DNA of 61,337 nt from Myxococcota bacterium (GTDB taxonomy: Bacteria; Myxococcota_C; UBA6777): positions 1 through 61,337 of the forward strand of contig JAKLKB010000023.1 of NCBI GenBank assembly GCA_023150835.1, in the 5' to 3' direction. The notes under the pieces were generated by a model, which saw only the letters and a list, made by a program, of their open reading frames with translations, had not been told where the DNA came from and searched no databases. The position numbers and the translations under genes are program-made. The stretch's first letter is position 1; each line of letters opens with the position of its first letter. This document shows, piece after piece, positions 17,737-28,312 of this stretch.

Positions 17737-20730
17737 ATGTGGAAGTGTATCGAGTGCGGTTTTCAAGAAAATGAAGCAGGAAGCGAGCTTTGTTCGCGCT
17801 GTCAAGCACCACGCGATCCCAAAACGTTCGAGGGAGAACAGATCGGCCAGTGGCGACTTGAAAAACCCCTTGGGGAGGGCGGGATGGCGGTGGTCTTTCT
17901 CGCTCGCCACGTCATGCTCGGCTCCAAGGTCGCCATCAAGCTTTTGCGATCCGATCTCACCAACAAACGCGAAGTGATCGAACGCTTTCGCACAGAAGCC
18001 CTCGCAGCAAGTCATCTCCGACACGAAAACGTCATCCAAGTGATGGACTTTGGATTCCAAAAAGGCATCGGCTTTTACATGGTCTTGGAGTTCTTGGAGG
18101 GAAACGACCTCGAAGCCTACCTGACGGGACAGCCCATGCCTCCGCGTTTTGTCAAAGAGATCGCCAAGCAGATCGCACGTGGACTCCAAGCCGCCCATGA
18201 ATCCGGCATTATCCACCGAGACCTCAAACCCTCGAACATCTTTCTCGTCCCACGCGAAGGCTCCGATATCCCCCAAGTCAAGATCCTCGACTTTGGCATC
18301 GCAAAGATCCAAGAGTCCGAGCTTTTGGACGAGGAAAACCAAAAACTCACCCGCACAGGTACTGTCTTGGGGACGCCGTTTTATCTCTCTCCTGAACAAC
18401 TCACCCGACGCCAAGGTGTCGAACTCGGCGCAAGTGTCGATATCTATGCCTTTGGCGTTATCTTGTTCCAACTCCTCGCAGGAAAATTGCCGATCGAAGA
18501 ACCCAGTATCGCCGAGCAGATGGTCGCGATCCTCACACGAAAAGCACCGATGCTCGGCGAAGTCTTGCCCCCCTTTTCCAACTCTGCCCTCGAACTCTTT
18601 TTGCAACGCGCCTTGTCCAAATCCCCACAGTCTCGTCCTGCCACCGTCGCCGCTTTCTGGGAAGAACTTGACCAAGCCATGGGCGTTTTGGAGGATGCCC
18701 AAGAAAATACCGCCCTGCGCCAAGTCTGGGAAAAGACCTACAAAGATATCCTTGAAAAAGAGCAACCCCCTTCGCTCTTCTATCGGCTGCGCTGGGTGTT
18801 TGCGCTTCTGGCCTTGCTTGTGGTGGGCGGTGGAAGCTGGTGGCTGGCCTCGATCTTCCAGACTCCTCCGCCCCCTCCGCCTCCCCCGCGTTTGACGGGT
18901 ATCCCCCAATTCAAAGAACTCGGGATCCAAGATTTTCAAGCAGGCAAGTTCGCAAGCGCCCTCCAACGCTTCGATCAGATCGTCAGCAGCAAGCGTTGGA
19001 CAAGCTCCTCCAAAGACTTTGACCCCAAAGTCTACCGCTTGATGGCGACCGCACTTTTTGAAGCCGAAAAAGATCCGTCCAAAAAGCCCGCCTTTGCGGC
19101 TTTACAGTTTTTTCAACTCTACCTTAAACAAGCCAAGTCCTTTGATGCGGGCGAAAAAGAAGCCCTTGAAAAGAACGTGCAGCGTCTCGAACAGCGCGTT
19201 GCCGCAAGCGAGAGCGCCACCAAAGAGCTGTTGCGCGCCCTTGGAAAACACCTTAAATCGGGCGATGACAACGCAACGCTGGGCGTCTTGGATACCGCCT
19301 TTGCTTTGCAAAAAAAGGAAGCCCTCGGGCGATTGGATTATGGCCCCGATGTCTCGCTCAGCAGCGCCTACACACGCACCGCTGAGCTTCTCCAACAACG
19401 CTTCCCCGGCCTTTCCTTGGCTTTGTTGAAAAAAGCCTCGCAGATCCGACTCCCTCCCAAACAACAACGCAAACTCGTCTTGCGCTACGAAGAAATGAAA
19501 CGTGCCATCCAAAAACGCCAAGACGACGGCCTCAAAGAACTCCAAACGGCTCTTCAATCCAACGACCGCAAACAAACACAAGCCTCTCTTCGCCGCCTCT
19601 TGAGCGAAAACACCGACGATCCCTCGATCTATCGGCGCATCCGCTCGCTGTTGCTTCGCGACTATTATCAAAACCCCCAAGCCTCGCTTGTTCTGTTGCG
19701 CTTGTACCGTGACGAGATCAAGCTGACCTTGCGCCCCGATGCACAAGCTTGGTATCGCCGCCTTGTTGGAAAAGAACTCCCTTCCGTCCCCTCTCTTGAC
19801 CAAACCATCAAAGCCGGACAGTTCGGCATCAAAGGAGTTGTTGCACACAAACGCGCTCGGGCTTTCCTCGAAAAGGGCGAGATCAAAAAAGCCACCCCGA
19901 TCTTTTCCTCTGTCCCCAAGCTACTCAAACGATCGATCGAAACGCCTGAAAGCCTCTTGACACCGCTGTTTCAGCGTTTGATCCATGAAGCCAACAACGC
20001 TCAATCCAGCCTCCAACAAGCCGATGAAACGTGGAAAAAGATCGCGGCCATGGCCGAATCGGGCGATCTGCTCGGAGCGCGCAAAAGCGGCGATGCCTTG
20101 CTCGCTACGCTCAAAGACAACCCCGCTGCCGTGGCCTTGTACAAAAAACGCCTCGAAGACCAAAAGGCCGAATACTCCCAGCGTTGCGAGCGGCTCGCAC
20201 AATCTGCGCAGCGCTCTCTTGGGCGTGGTGGACTTCGTGATGCCGAGAAATACTACGAAAAAGGCGTGTCTTGTTGGAAACAGCTTGCTGCCGCTGAACC
20301 CGAACAAGCCAAACGACACGAAGGGCGCGTCGCCTCTTCTCTGCAATGGCAAGAACGCCTCCAAAAAGCAGCCCCGCTGCTCGACCAGCTACGCAAAGAT
20401 CGTGAGGCCCTTCGCAATACCTCCGCCAACCAAGGCTTTGATGCGGTGATGCCGCTGCTCGATGGAAGCCCCGCCAAACGCGTCCTCAAACAAGAGCATC
20501 TCGCTTGGGGACAACAGCGGCTACGTTATATGCGCTTCCGCCAAAAAGGCGATCAATACGCCCAAAACGAGCGCTGGGAACAAGCCGTCTACGAATACAA
20601 ACAAGCACAAAAACTCTTTCCTCGCGCCCATGATGCCCGAAATTTTCAACGGCGCATCCTTGAATGTGAATGCAATAGCGGTGTAACGTGGGAGATCTGT
20701 AAGCAGTTCAAGCGCGCAAAGCCGCGTTAA
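17737..20730 (+). CDS. Ser/Thr protein kinase: RanBP2-like zinc finger, kinase, TM, long extracytoplasmic TPR/helical region
   Basis: WKCIECGFQENEAGSELCSRC, LGEGGMA, VAIK, HRDLKPSN, DFG, GTPFYLSPEQ; TM WVFALLALLVVGGGSWWL; TPR-like GDQYAQNERWEQAVYEYKQAQKLFP. Confidence 0.95.
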   Translation: MWKCIECGFQENEAGSELCSRCQAPRDPKTFEGEQIGQWRLEKPLGEGGMAVVFLARHVMLGSKVAIKLLRSDLTNKREVIERFRTEALAASHLRHENVIQVMDFGFQKGIGFYMVLEFLEGNDLEAYLTGQPMPPRFVKEIAKQIARGLQAAHESGIIHRDLKPSNIFLVPREGSDIPQVKILDFGIAKIQESELLDEENQKLTRTGTVLGTPFYLSPEQLTRRQGVELGASVDIYAFGVILFQLLAGKLPIEEPSIAEQMVAILTRKAPMLGEVLPPFSNSALELFLQRALSKSPQSRPATVAAFWEELDQAMGVLEDAQENTALRQVWEKTYKDILEKEQPPSLFYRLRWVFALLALLVVGGGSWWLASIFQTPPPPPPPPRLTGIPQFKELGIQDFQAGKFASALQRFDQIVSSKRWTSSSKDFDPKVYRLMATALFEAEKDPSKKPAFAALQFFQLYLKQAKSFDAGEKEALEKNVQRLEQRVAASESATKELLRALGKHLKSGDDNATLGVLDTAFALQKKEALGRLDYGPDVSLSSAYTRTAELLQQRFPGLSLALLKKASQIRLPPKQQRKLVLRYEEMKRAIQKRQDDGLKELQTALQSNDRKQTQASLRRLLSENTDDPSIYRRIRSLLLRDYYQNPQASLVLLRLYRDEIKLTLRPDAQAWYRRLVGKELPSVPSLDQTIKAGQFGIKGVVAHKRARAFLEKGEIKKATPIFSSVPKLLKRSIETPESLLTPLFQRLIHEANNAQSSLQQADETWKKIAAMAESGDLLGARKSGDALLATLKDNPAAVALYKKRLEDQKAEYSQRCERLAQSAQRSLGRGGLRDAEKYYEKGVSCWKQLAAAEPEQAKRHEGRVASSLQWQERLQKAAPLLDQLRKDREALRNTSANQGFDAVMPLLDGSPAKRVLKQEHLAWGQQRLRYMRFRQKGDQYAQNERWEQAVYEYKQAQKLFPRAHDARNFQRRILECECNSGVTWEICKQFKRAKPR

Positions 20731-20744
20731 TGTAGGTTTGAGTC

Positions 20745-21644
20745 ATGTCTATCTCTTTGTCTTTGTTTTTGTTTTTGTGGTCCGCTGCTCCGATCTCCCC
20801 TGAGATCGCTGCAAAAGACAAGTATCTGCTCGCAAGACGCGCCTTCCTCAACCAAAACTGGAAAGAAGCCAAACAGCTTTTCCAAGAAACCCTTGAGCTT
20901 CTTTCCCAAGTCAAGGGCCAAACCGAGCGACAACGCCACCTTTTTATCATCGGCCGTAGCGATGTCCGTTTCCATCTCGCCCAGATCGCCGATCAACAAA
21001 AAGAGATCTTCCCTGCTTGCCGACTCTACAAAAAGATCCGCGATCGCGTCGACAAACTCCCCACAGGATGGGAAAGTTGGCCCATCAATACCAAACTCCC
21101 CGAACGCTTCGCCCTCTCCAAACGCCGACTCGACGAATGCAACCTTGTCCCTTCCGTCGTCTCGTGGGCGCTGACGCCTCCTGATGCCGTCGTTGAAACG
21201 CTCTCTCCCGCCCCTGCGCCTACACCCACCGCTCCCTCCACCACCCCAACACCCGCTCCGTCTCCTTCCACCACAACGCCACCCTCGCCGACCAAACCCA
21301 CGACTGTTGCACCGTCTTGGATGCCTGTCCAATCCCCGATCCAACGCCTCCCCGGTCTGCTTCGTTTGCGCATCCGCGCCGCAGGATTCTTGCCCCAAGA
21401 AAAAGATATCCAAGTCCTCGCTTGGGAAGAGATGCGCCTCGTCTTTTCCCTAAAGCCCCAACCCCGCAAACGCGATGTGGCCGTCGTGATCCGCCGCCCC
21501 GTCAAACCTGTTGCCCCCCCCCCCACTCCTACATGGGTTTGGATTACGGTGGCCGCAGGTGTTGTCGTCGTCGGAGGGGCCGTTGCCATCGGTGTTTATG
21601 CTGCCACTCGACCTCTTGAAAAAGTGACTGTCTCTTTCCGATAA
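20745..21644 (+). CDS. Exported TPR plus degenerate PEGA-like protein with a C-terminal hydrophobic anchor
   Basis: Signal peptide; TPR-like ARRAFLNQNWKEAKQLF; PEGA-like TPPDAVV...LRLRIRAAGF split by a Pro/Thr insert; WVWITVAAGVVVVGGAVAIG. Confidence 0.75.
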   Translation: MSISLSLFLFLWSAAPISPEIAAKDKYLLARRAFLNQNWKEAKQLFQETLELLSQVKGQTERQRHLFIIGRSDVRFHLAQIADQQKEIFPACRLYKKIRDRVDKLPTGWESWPINTKLPERFALSKRRLDECNLVPSVVSWALTPPDAVVETLSPAPAPTPTAPSTTPTPAPSPSTTTPPSPTKPTTVAPSWMPVQSPIQRLPGLLRLRIRAAGFLPQEKDIQVLAWEEMRLVFSLKPQPRKRDVAVVIRRPVKPVAPPPTPTWVWITVAAGVVVVGGAVAIGVYAATRPLEKVTVSFR

Positions 21645-21676
21645 TCCCGCTGTTTCGAGACTTGGAGGTCTTCATC

Positions 21677-23713
21677 ATGGTCTTTTCCTCTCTCGGCTCC
21701 GCAGTCTTTCGGCAGGGGGGTTGGCTTGCCCTGTTGCTTTTGCTTTTCTCCGCTTGCGGCTCTGAACTCACCCTCGAACTGACTGTTCCTCCCGAACTCT
21801 CAGGCGCTTTTTCTATCCCCCGCGAAAACGCAGCGCCAGCCCAAGGCGCCCTCGGATACTTTGATGGCAAGGCCTTCAGCGGCAGCGATAGCCTCGGCAA
21901 TCGCGAAGTTTCGTGCAAAGAGTCTTTCGGTCTTTTTCCTCCGTCCATCAACGAACAATCCCCGCTGTTTCGCCCCTACGATCAGCTTCCTTATACGCTC
22001 GTGGAGTCGTGCTTCAGCGGAAACAACACCTCTTTCCTTGCTGCCGCTCGTTTGACCGATTCGTGGTTTTGCCAACACAAAAAACACGGATCCACGCCTT
22101 CTCGCGTCGCGCTCTATCCTTCCGAAACATGGAGCGCCATCACCACAACCAATACCCCACCTGCTTCTCTCACCACACCTCGCTTTGGACACCGCGTCAC
22201 CGCGCTTCCCGATGGGCGCGTGGTGATCTCTGGCGGCATCTCTGGAAAAACCGACCTCTTGGCACAACCCCTCGACCAACTCGGCAAACAGATCGTCGCC
22301 GCAACAGCCTTCTCTTCGGAGATTCTTCTCCTCGATCCGCACGCCACCGACGACGCCCTGCGCTTCCAAGTCCTCGGCACCACTTCTCGCGCTTATCACC
22401 AAGCCTTTTGGAATGGCGCAAAGCTCGTCCTATCAGGCGGTTTCACCGCAGACGGCACCAGTGCCGCTGAAACGTGGGAGATCCCTCCCGCCGGACAAAC
22501 CAAACCGCTCTCTCAAACCGCTGTTGCCGGCGGAAATGAACCGATGCGCCGTGCTTTTGGAACAGCCTTTGCCCTCGAACGCAGCGGAAAAGTCTTTGCC
22601 GAGCAAGTCGGTGGACTCCCCACCGCCTGCCTTCAAACCAAGCTTGACAGTTCTTGTGACGTAGCCAAACTCCTCCCCCAAGAATGTATCGCACAACAAA
22701 CTCCAGCCAATTTCGATACGATCTGTGCCGGCATCGAAGATGCGATCTTCCTCCACCAAACCACTTTTCTCCCACAACCCGCCCAAGGAGAGGCCCACCT
22801 CTTGCTCTCAGGCGGCTTTGTTTTGCTCAAATCAGGCACTCCATCCGACGCATGCACCGACCTCAAAAATGGCGCGACCCTTTGCCCCAACCCCTACCTC
22901 GTCTTCTTGCACATCAACGCATCGGGCGCTCGCAACGCCCATCTCACCCACCTCTCCCGCTACTCCGAAAAAAACAAACCCTACACACTCTCTTCTCTCT
23001 TTGCGCACCAAGCCCTCTATCTCGGCAAACACAACCTCCAACTGAGCGGAAACACCGCCCTTGATACCCTCTTGATCGTCGGCGGCTGGAGTCCTTTCGG
23101 CCACACCAAAGGCCCATATCCCGATCTGAAAATTTTCGGCAGCAGCGCGTTCAACTTTTCCCACCAAGCCTTTTTGTTGCAGATCACCGATCGCAAACAA
23201 GCCCCCATCCTTTTGCCTTTCGACTTCAAAAATACCGCTGGCAAGGCCGTTTTGCTGCTTCGCAGTTTTGCTTCTGCTGCGGCGTTTCCCACCGCCAACG
23301 ATTCCGATATGCTTTTTGGTGTCTTTGCAGGGGGTGTCGCTCAAGATATCACCGCAATCGAAAACTCCAAAAGCCCCTTCATTCGAGTGGATATCAGCCG
23401 TGAACCTTTCGATTCAAAAAACCGAGAACCCGAACTGACTTTTCCAATCGGCGACGCTGTGATCCGTTTGCGCGTCTCCGAGGTCCTCTCTCCCACCCTC
23501 GCGCAACGATCTTCCGCACCTTGGCGCTCTTGGGGCGGCGCGGAAGGTGTGCGCACCGCCACAGGAGCTTTTGTCTGGTTTGGTGGCGTCTTCCAATCCC
23601 CTTCGGGCACCTCCACCTCAACATTCCCCAATATCTTTCTGTTTCAGCCCGGTCGCCTCGGCTCCAAAGCCATCGCAAAAACCCCTTGTGCGCTCTTTCC
23701 TTCGCGTCCATAA
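21677..23713 (+). CDS. Kelch-repeat beta-propeller lipoprotein
   Basis: ATG after GGAGG; lipobox LFSAC; kelch motifs LTTPRFGHRVTALPDGRVVISGG, RAYHQA..LVLSGG, LLIVGG; several Cys pairs. Confidence 0.8.
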   Translation: MVFSSLGSAVFRQGGWLALLLLLFSACGSELTLELTVPPELSGAFSIPRENAAPAQGALGYFDGKAFSGSDSLGNREVSCKESFGLFPPSINEQSPLFRPYDQLPYTLVESCFSGNNTSFLAAARLTDSWFCQHKKHGSTPSRVALYPSETWSAITTTNTPPASLTTPRFGHRVTALPDGRVVISGGISGKTDLLAQPLDQLGKQIVAATAFSSEILLLDPHATDDALRFQVLGTTSRAYHQAFWNGAKLVLSGGFTADGTSAAETWEIPPAGQTKPLSQTAVAGGNEPMRRAFGTAFALERSGKVFAEQVGGLPTACLQTKLDSSCDVAKLLPQECIAQQTPANFDTICAGIEDAIFLHQTTFLPQPAQGEAHLLLSGGFVLLKSGTPSDACTDLKNGATLCPNPYLVFLHINASGARNAHLTHLSRYSEKNKPYTLSSLFAHQALYLGKHNLQLSGNTALDTLLIVGGWSPFGHTKGPYPDLKIFGSSAFNFSHQAFLLQITDRKQAPILLPFDFKNTAGKAVLLLRSFASAAAFPTANDSDMLFGVFAGGVAQDITAIENSKSPFIRVDISREPFDSKNREPELTFPIGDAVIRLRVSEVLSPTLAQRSSAPWRSWGGAEGVRTATGAFVWFGGVFQSPSGTSTSTFPNIFLFQPGRLGSKAIAKTPCALFPSRP

Positions 23714-23745
23714 CTACGCAAACGCTCTATCTATCGCACGGAGAG

Positions 23746-26334
23746 TTAGGCTTCGAGGATCTGGGGGGTCGTAAAGAGGATCTCGCCGTCTTTTGCGTCG
23801 ATCTCGACGGTCGAACCGGGGGGATATTCCCCTACAAGGACTTTTTTGGCGAGCGGGGATTCGAGCAGGCGTTGGATCGTGCGCTTGAGCGGGCGCGCAC
23901 CAAACACGGGATCGTAACCTTCTTCGCTCAACAGATCTTTCGCTTCTTCGGTGATCGTCAGATGTAGCTGGCGGCGTTGTAGGCGCTTGCTGAATAGCTG
24001 AAGCTGGATCTCGATGATTCGGCGCAGATGCTCTCGGCCAAGCGCACGAAAGATCACCGTTTCATCCAATCGGTTGAGAAACTCGGGGCGAAACTGCGCT
24101 TGCAAGGCCGTCTCGATGATCTGTCTCATACGTGCGGGATCTCGTTCGTTTTGGATGGCTTCGCTGCCGAGGTTCGAGGTCATGATCACGATGGTGTTGC
24201 GAAAGTCCACAGTTCGGCCTTGTCCATCGGTGAGACGACCATCGTCAAGCAGTTGCAACAACACGTTGAACACCTCGGGATGGGCTTTTTCCACTTCGTC
24301 AAACAACACCACCGAATAGGGGCGTCTGCGCACGCGCTCCGTCAACTGGCCGCCTTCATCGTATCCAACATAGCCGGGAGGCGCACCGATCAATCGACTG
24401 ACAGCGTGACGCTCCATGTATTCGGACATATCGATGCGCACGATATTGTCTTCGTCGTCAAACAAGAACTCTGCAAGGCTGCGTGCCAACTCTGTCTTGC
24501 CAACCCCCGTGGGACCGAGGAAAAGGAACGATCCCAACGGGCGGCGATCATCTTTGAGGTCGGCGCGGGCGCGGCGGATACAATCGGCGACTTTTTCGAG
24601 GGCTTCTTCTTGCCCGACCACCCGCAAGCGCAATCGATCTTCCATCTGCAACAGCTTTTGTTGTTCGCTTTCGAGCATCTTCGACACAGGGATACCTGTC
24701 CAACGCGACACCACCTGCGCGATATCTTCTTCCGAGACTTCTTCGCGCAAGAACGATCCTCCCACTTGCAGATCACGCAAGCTCAACTCGGCCAACTGAA
24801 GCCGCTTTTCAAGGTCCGGCAAGATCCCGTACTTGATCTCTGCCGCTTTCTCGTAGTCATTGCGGCGTTCGGTCAACCCCAACTCGGTGCGCGTCTTTTC
24901 CAAATCTTCCTTCAATCGGCGGATATCGCGGATCGCCACCAACTCTTTGTCCCAACGCGCTTTTTCTTTCTCAAACTGCCCTTGCGTCTCTTTGATCGCC
25001 GCTTCAAGCTCTTTCAGCCGCTCTTTGGAGGCAGGATCTTTTTCCTTGCGCAAGGCTTGGCGTTCGATCTCCATGTTGGTCAGCTTGCGTTGGTATTGCT
25101 CCAACTCCGCAGGAAGGCTGTCACTTTCAAGGCGGATACGGCTCGCCGCTTCGTCCACCAAGTCGATCGCTTTGTCTGGCAAGAAACGGTCGTTGATGTA
25201 GCGGTCGCTCAGTTGGGCCGCTGCAACCAACGCTGCATCGCGGATCCGAATCCCATGATGCACTTCGTATTTTTCTTTCAGCCCCCGCAAGATCTGCACG
25301 GTGTCCTCGACCGTCGGTTCGCCTACATATACGGGCTGAAAGCGCCGCGCCAAGGCCGCATCTTTTTCTACATGCTTGCGGTATTCGTCCAACGTCGTCG
25401 CCCCGATGGTATGCAACTCGCCTCGCGCCAACGCTGGTTTCAGCATATTGGACGCATCCATCGCCCCTTCCGCTGCTCCCGCACCAACCAAGGTGTGCAT
25501 CTCGTCGATAAACAACACGATCTTTCCGTTCGATTCGGTGATCTCTTTCAATACCGACTTGAGCCGATCCTCAAATTCTCCCCGATACTTCGCACCCGCG
25601 ATCAATGCCCCCAGATCCAACTGCAACACCATCAACTCTTTCATCCCCGAAGGCACATCCCCTCGGGCGATCCGCAGCGCTATCCCTTCCACGATCGCCG
25701 TCTTCCCAACCCCGGGATCTCCGATCAATACAGGGTTGTTTTTCGTCCGACGTGCCAACACTTCCAACACGCGCCGCACTTCGTCGTCACGACCCACCAC
25801 AGGATCGAGCTTTCCCGTCTGTGCAAGCTGCGTCAAGTTCCGACAGTAGCGCTCCAACACCTGAAAACGACCTTCCGCTTCTGCATCCATCACGCGTTGA
25901 CTCCCTCGAATCTCGACCAGCGCCTTGAGTGCGCGGTCATAAGTGAATCGCAATGCCTCAAACGTCGAACGCAACTCCGACGACTTCTGCAACATCGCCA
26001 AAAACAAGGTATCTTGGCTGATAAACTCGTCTTTTAATTGCTCGGCTTCCCGAAAAGACTGCTCTAACACTTGCTGGAGATCCCGCGATATCGGGCGATC
26101 TGTATCTCCGCTCACTCGCGGCATCTTCTTGAGCAACCCTTCGACCTTTTGCTTGGCCTCCCCAATGTCGGACTCTAAACGACCTAAGATCCCCACTATC
26201 GGACCTTTTGTGTCCTCTAGCAGCGCCAAAAACAAGTGCGCACTCGTCACTTCTGCATGCTCTCGCTTTGCGCTCAGGATCTGCGCTTCCCCTAAACTCT
26301 CGCGACTTTTGTTCGTGAATTTCTGAAAGTCCAT
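23746..26334 (-). CDS. clpB: Chaperone/disaggregase ClpB
   Basis: LDPVVGRD, two Walker A motifs ([16 protein letters not shown]), coiled-coil M domain, [16 protein letters not shown]. Confidence 0.98.
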   Translation of the reverse strand: MDFQKFTNKSRESLGEAQILSAKREHAEVTSAHLFLALLEDTKGPIVGILGRLESDIGEAKQKVEGLLKKMPRVSGDTDRPISRDLQQVLEQSFREAEQLKDEFISQDTLFLAMLQKSSELRSTFEALRFTYDRALKALVEIRGSQRVMDAEAEGRFQVLERYCRNLTQLAQTGKLDPVVGRDDEVRRVLEVLARRTKNNPVLIGDPGVGKTAIVEGIALRIARGDVPSGMKELMVLQLDLGALIAGAKYRGEFEDRLKSVLKEITESNGKIVLFIDEMHTLVGAGAAEGAMDASNMLKPALARGELHTIGATTLDEYRKHVEKDAALARRFQPVYVGEPTVEDTVQILRGLKEKYEVHHGIRIRDAALVAAAQLSDRYINDRFLPDKAIDLVDEAASRIRLESDSLPAELEQYQRKLTNMEIERQALRKEKDPASKERLKELEAAIKETQGQFEKEKARWDKELVAIRDIRRLKEDLEKTRTELGLTERRNDYEKAAEIKYGILPDLEKRLQLAELSLRDLQVGGSFLREEVSEEDIAQVVSRWTGIPVSKMLESEQQKLLQMEDRLRLRVVGQEEALEKVADCIRRARADLKDDRRPLGSFLFLGPTGVGKTELARSLAEFLFDDEDNIVRIDMSEYMERHAVSRLIGAPPGYVGYDEGGQLTERVRRRPYSVVLFDEVEKAHPEVFNVLLQLLDDGRLTDGQGRTVDFRNTIVIMTSNLGSEAIQNERDPARMRQIIETALQAQFRPEFLNRLDETVIFRALGREHLRRIIEIQLQLFSKRLQRRQLHLTITEEAKDLLSEEGYDPVFGARPLKRTIQRLLESPLAKKVLVGEYPPGSTVEIDAKDGEILFTTPQILEA

Positions 26335-26923
26335 CACGCTCTCCCCCGATCTTCTCGGTGTTTCGGACTTTTACAGCCCTCTGCGTTTCAGTCCACCTCA
26401 CGCACACAAACCAGTATGCCTTCTTTTCCCAAATGAAAATCGATGCTTCGTTGATCTTTGTGCTGTTTTTTCTCCGCCTCCCAAGTGATAAGCCCGACAC
26501 TTCCCTTGTCAAGTATCCACCCCCACTTCTCCCATTCAGACAACGCTTATCAGCCAAGCGATCAGTGGTTGCCAGAAAGCTGCACCGCGTATCGTCATCC
26601 CGAATCGGGCTACCAGCCGCAAAAAAACAACGGCACCTGCTCGATCAAACCGCCCAATGCACCGAAGAAATACAAGGCGTATTGCGATCAGAAGTATGAC
26701 GAGGGCGGGTTTCTCAGTTTGGGGGAGGGCGAGGGCAAGACTTTTCGCACCGCGCCATCGCGGGTTGCGTAGGGGGTGAGACGTCTGTGGAAGAGTCGCG
26801 TGGGTTGACGCATACGGTCTTCGGTTCTATTCCGTTGTGGAATGGATCGAATGTACGCCTTCCAGAGAAAACGATCCGATCTGTTTGCCTCCTACAAAGG
26901 CTCAGTTGACAACGAGAGAAACC

Positions 26924-28273
26924 ATGCAAGAAGACAAAAATCCCACCGAAAAACCGGGGGTGTATGTACATACTTTTGGCTGCCAGATGAACGTCCATGA
27001 CTCCCAAAAGATCCTGACGCTGCTTTCGGAAAAGGGCTACCAAGCCGTCGAAACGCCCGAAGAAGCAAAAGTGATCTTGTTAAATACATGCAGTGTGCGC
27101 GAAAAGCCCGAACAGAAGGTCTTGAGCGCGGTGGGGCGCTACCGCGAATTAAAGGAGCAAAGCCCCGATCTGATCATCGGTGTCGGGGGGTGCTTTGCGC
27201 GGCAAGAAGGTGAAGATCTGCTGCGCCGCGCCCCTGCTTTGGATCTGGTGTTTGGACCTGACAATATCCCCGAACTGCCGAAGATGTTGCAAACGATCCG
27301 CGACGAACATCAGCCCCAAGTCGAAACCGATTTTGATACGCCCACCGACGTGCGGTTTTTGGATATCGCTCCCCAAGTCCTCGATTCCAAGTTTTCCGCG
27401 ATGGTGACGATCATGAAGGGCTGTGACAAGTACTGCTCTTTTTGTATCGTGCCGTATGTACGGGGGCGTGAGCGTTATCGCGATCCTGCCGAGATCCAAG
27501 AAGAGGTGCGCCGTATGTGTACCCAAGGAGTGCGTGAGATCATGCTGCTTGGTCAAAGCGTCACTTCTTACAAGTGGAAAGAGGGAGCGGATGTGTGGGA
27601 TCTTGCGCGGTTGATCCGCTCGCTCGATGGTGTGGAAGGGCTGAAGCGTTTGCGCTTTACGTCGCCGTATCCTCGGGACTTTCACCCAGAATTGATCGAT
27701 TGCTTTGCAGAAGTACCGATCTTGTGCAATCATGTCCATCTGCCGTTTCAATCGGGTTCGGATCGCATCTTGTATCGCATGAATCGGCGACATACACGCG
27801 ATCAATACTTCGGTTGGGTCGAGGCTTTGCGGGCGCGCTGTCCGTCCATTGCGATCACCGCCGATGTGATCGTCGGATTCCCGGGCGAAGAAGAGCAGGA
27901 CTTTGAACAGACGATGGATCTAGTCGAGCGCGTGCGCTTTGATAACTTGTTTGCTTACAAATATTCGCCACGCCCCAAAACGCCCGCTGCACGGAACACA
28001 CAACAGGTCTCCGAAGAAGACAAACAACGACGCCTTGCGATCTTGTTGGAGCGCCAATTGCAGATCTCTTTGGAGAGACACCAAGCCCTCAACGGCCAGA
28101 CGCTCGAAGTCCTCGTCGAAGGCTCCTCTCGCCGCAATGCCGATCGTTTGTCAGGCCGAACCACGACAAACAAGATCGTCAACTTTGTCGGACCTGATTC
28201 GCTGATCGGTGAGATCGTTCCTGTTCGGATCGCCGAAGCCCACGCAACCGCACTTTGGGGTGAACTCCTCTGA
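26924..28273 (+). CDS. miaB: tRNA-2-methylthio-N6-dimethylallyladenosine synthase
   Basis: TFGCQMN, NTCSVRE, radical SAM CDKYCSFC, C-terminal TRAM domain. Start moved to ATG 26924. Confidence 0.96.
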   Translation: MQEDKNPTEKPGVYVHTFGCQMNVHDSQKILTLLSEKGYQAVETPEEAKVILLNTCSVREKPEQKVLSAVGRYRELKEQSPDLIIGVGGCFARQEGEDLLRRAPALDLVFGPDNIPELPKMLQTIRDEHQPQVETDFDTPTDVRFLDIAPQVLDSKFSAMVTIMKGCDKYCSFCIVPYVRGRERYRDPAEIQEEVRRMCTQGVREIMLLGQSVTSYKWKEGADVWDLARLIRSLDGVEGLKRLRFTSPYPRDFHPELIDCFAEVPILCNHVHLPFQSGSDRILYRMNRRHTRDQYFGWVEALRARCPSIAITADVIVGFPGEEEQDFEQTMDLVERVRFDNLFAYKYSPRPKTPAARNTQQVSEEDKQRRLAILLERQLQISLERHQALNGQTLEVLVEGSSRRNADRLSGRTTTNKIVNFVGPDSLIGEIVPVRIAEAHATALWGELL

Positions 28274-28312
28274 CCCTCGCTTCCAAAGACGTCGGACCCT
28301 TGGAGAAGATGG

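Noticed and set aside
24028-26037. 669 aa + ORF, and similar long ORFs at 6140-7642, 40604-42574, 54529-56127 and 50838-52043
   Set aside because: Antisense shadows of clpB, gyrA, kinases and the TPR gene; no motifs of their own.
26340-26560. CIRCE or other heat-shock operator upstream of clpB
   Set aside because: No TTAGCACTC-N9-GAGTGCTAA seen; only a TTGACA with a poor -10.
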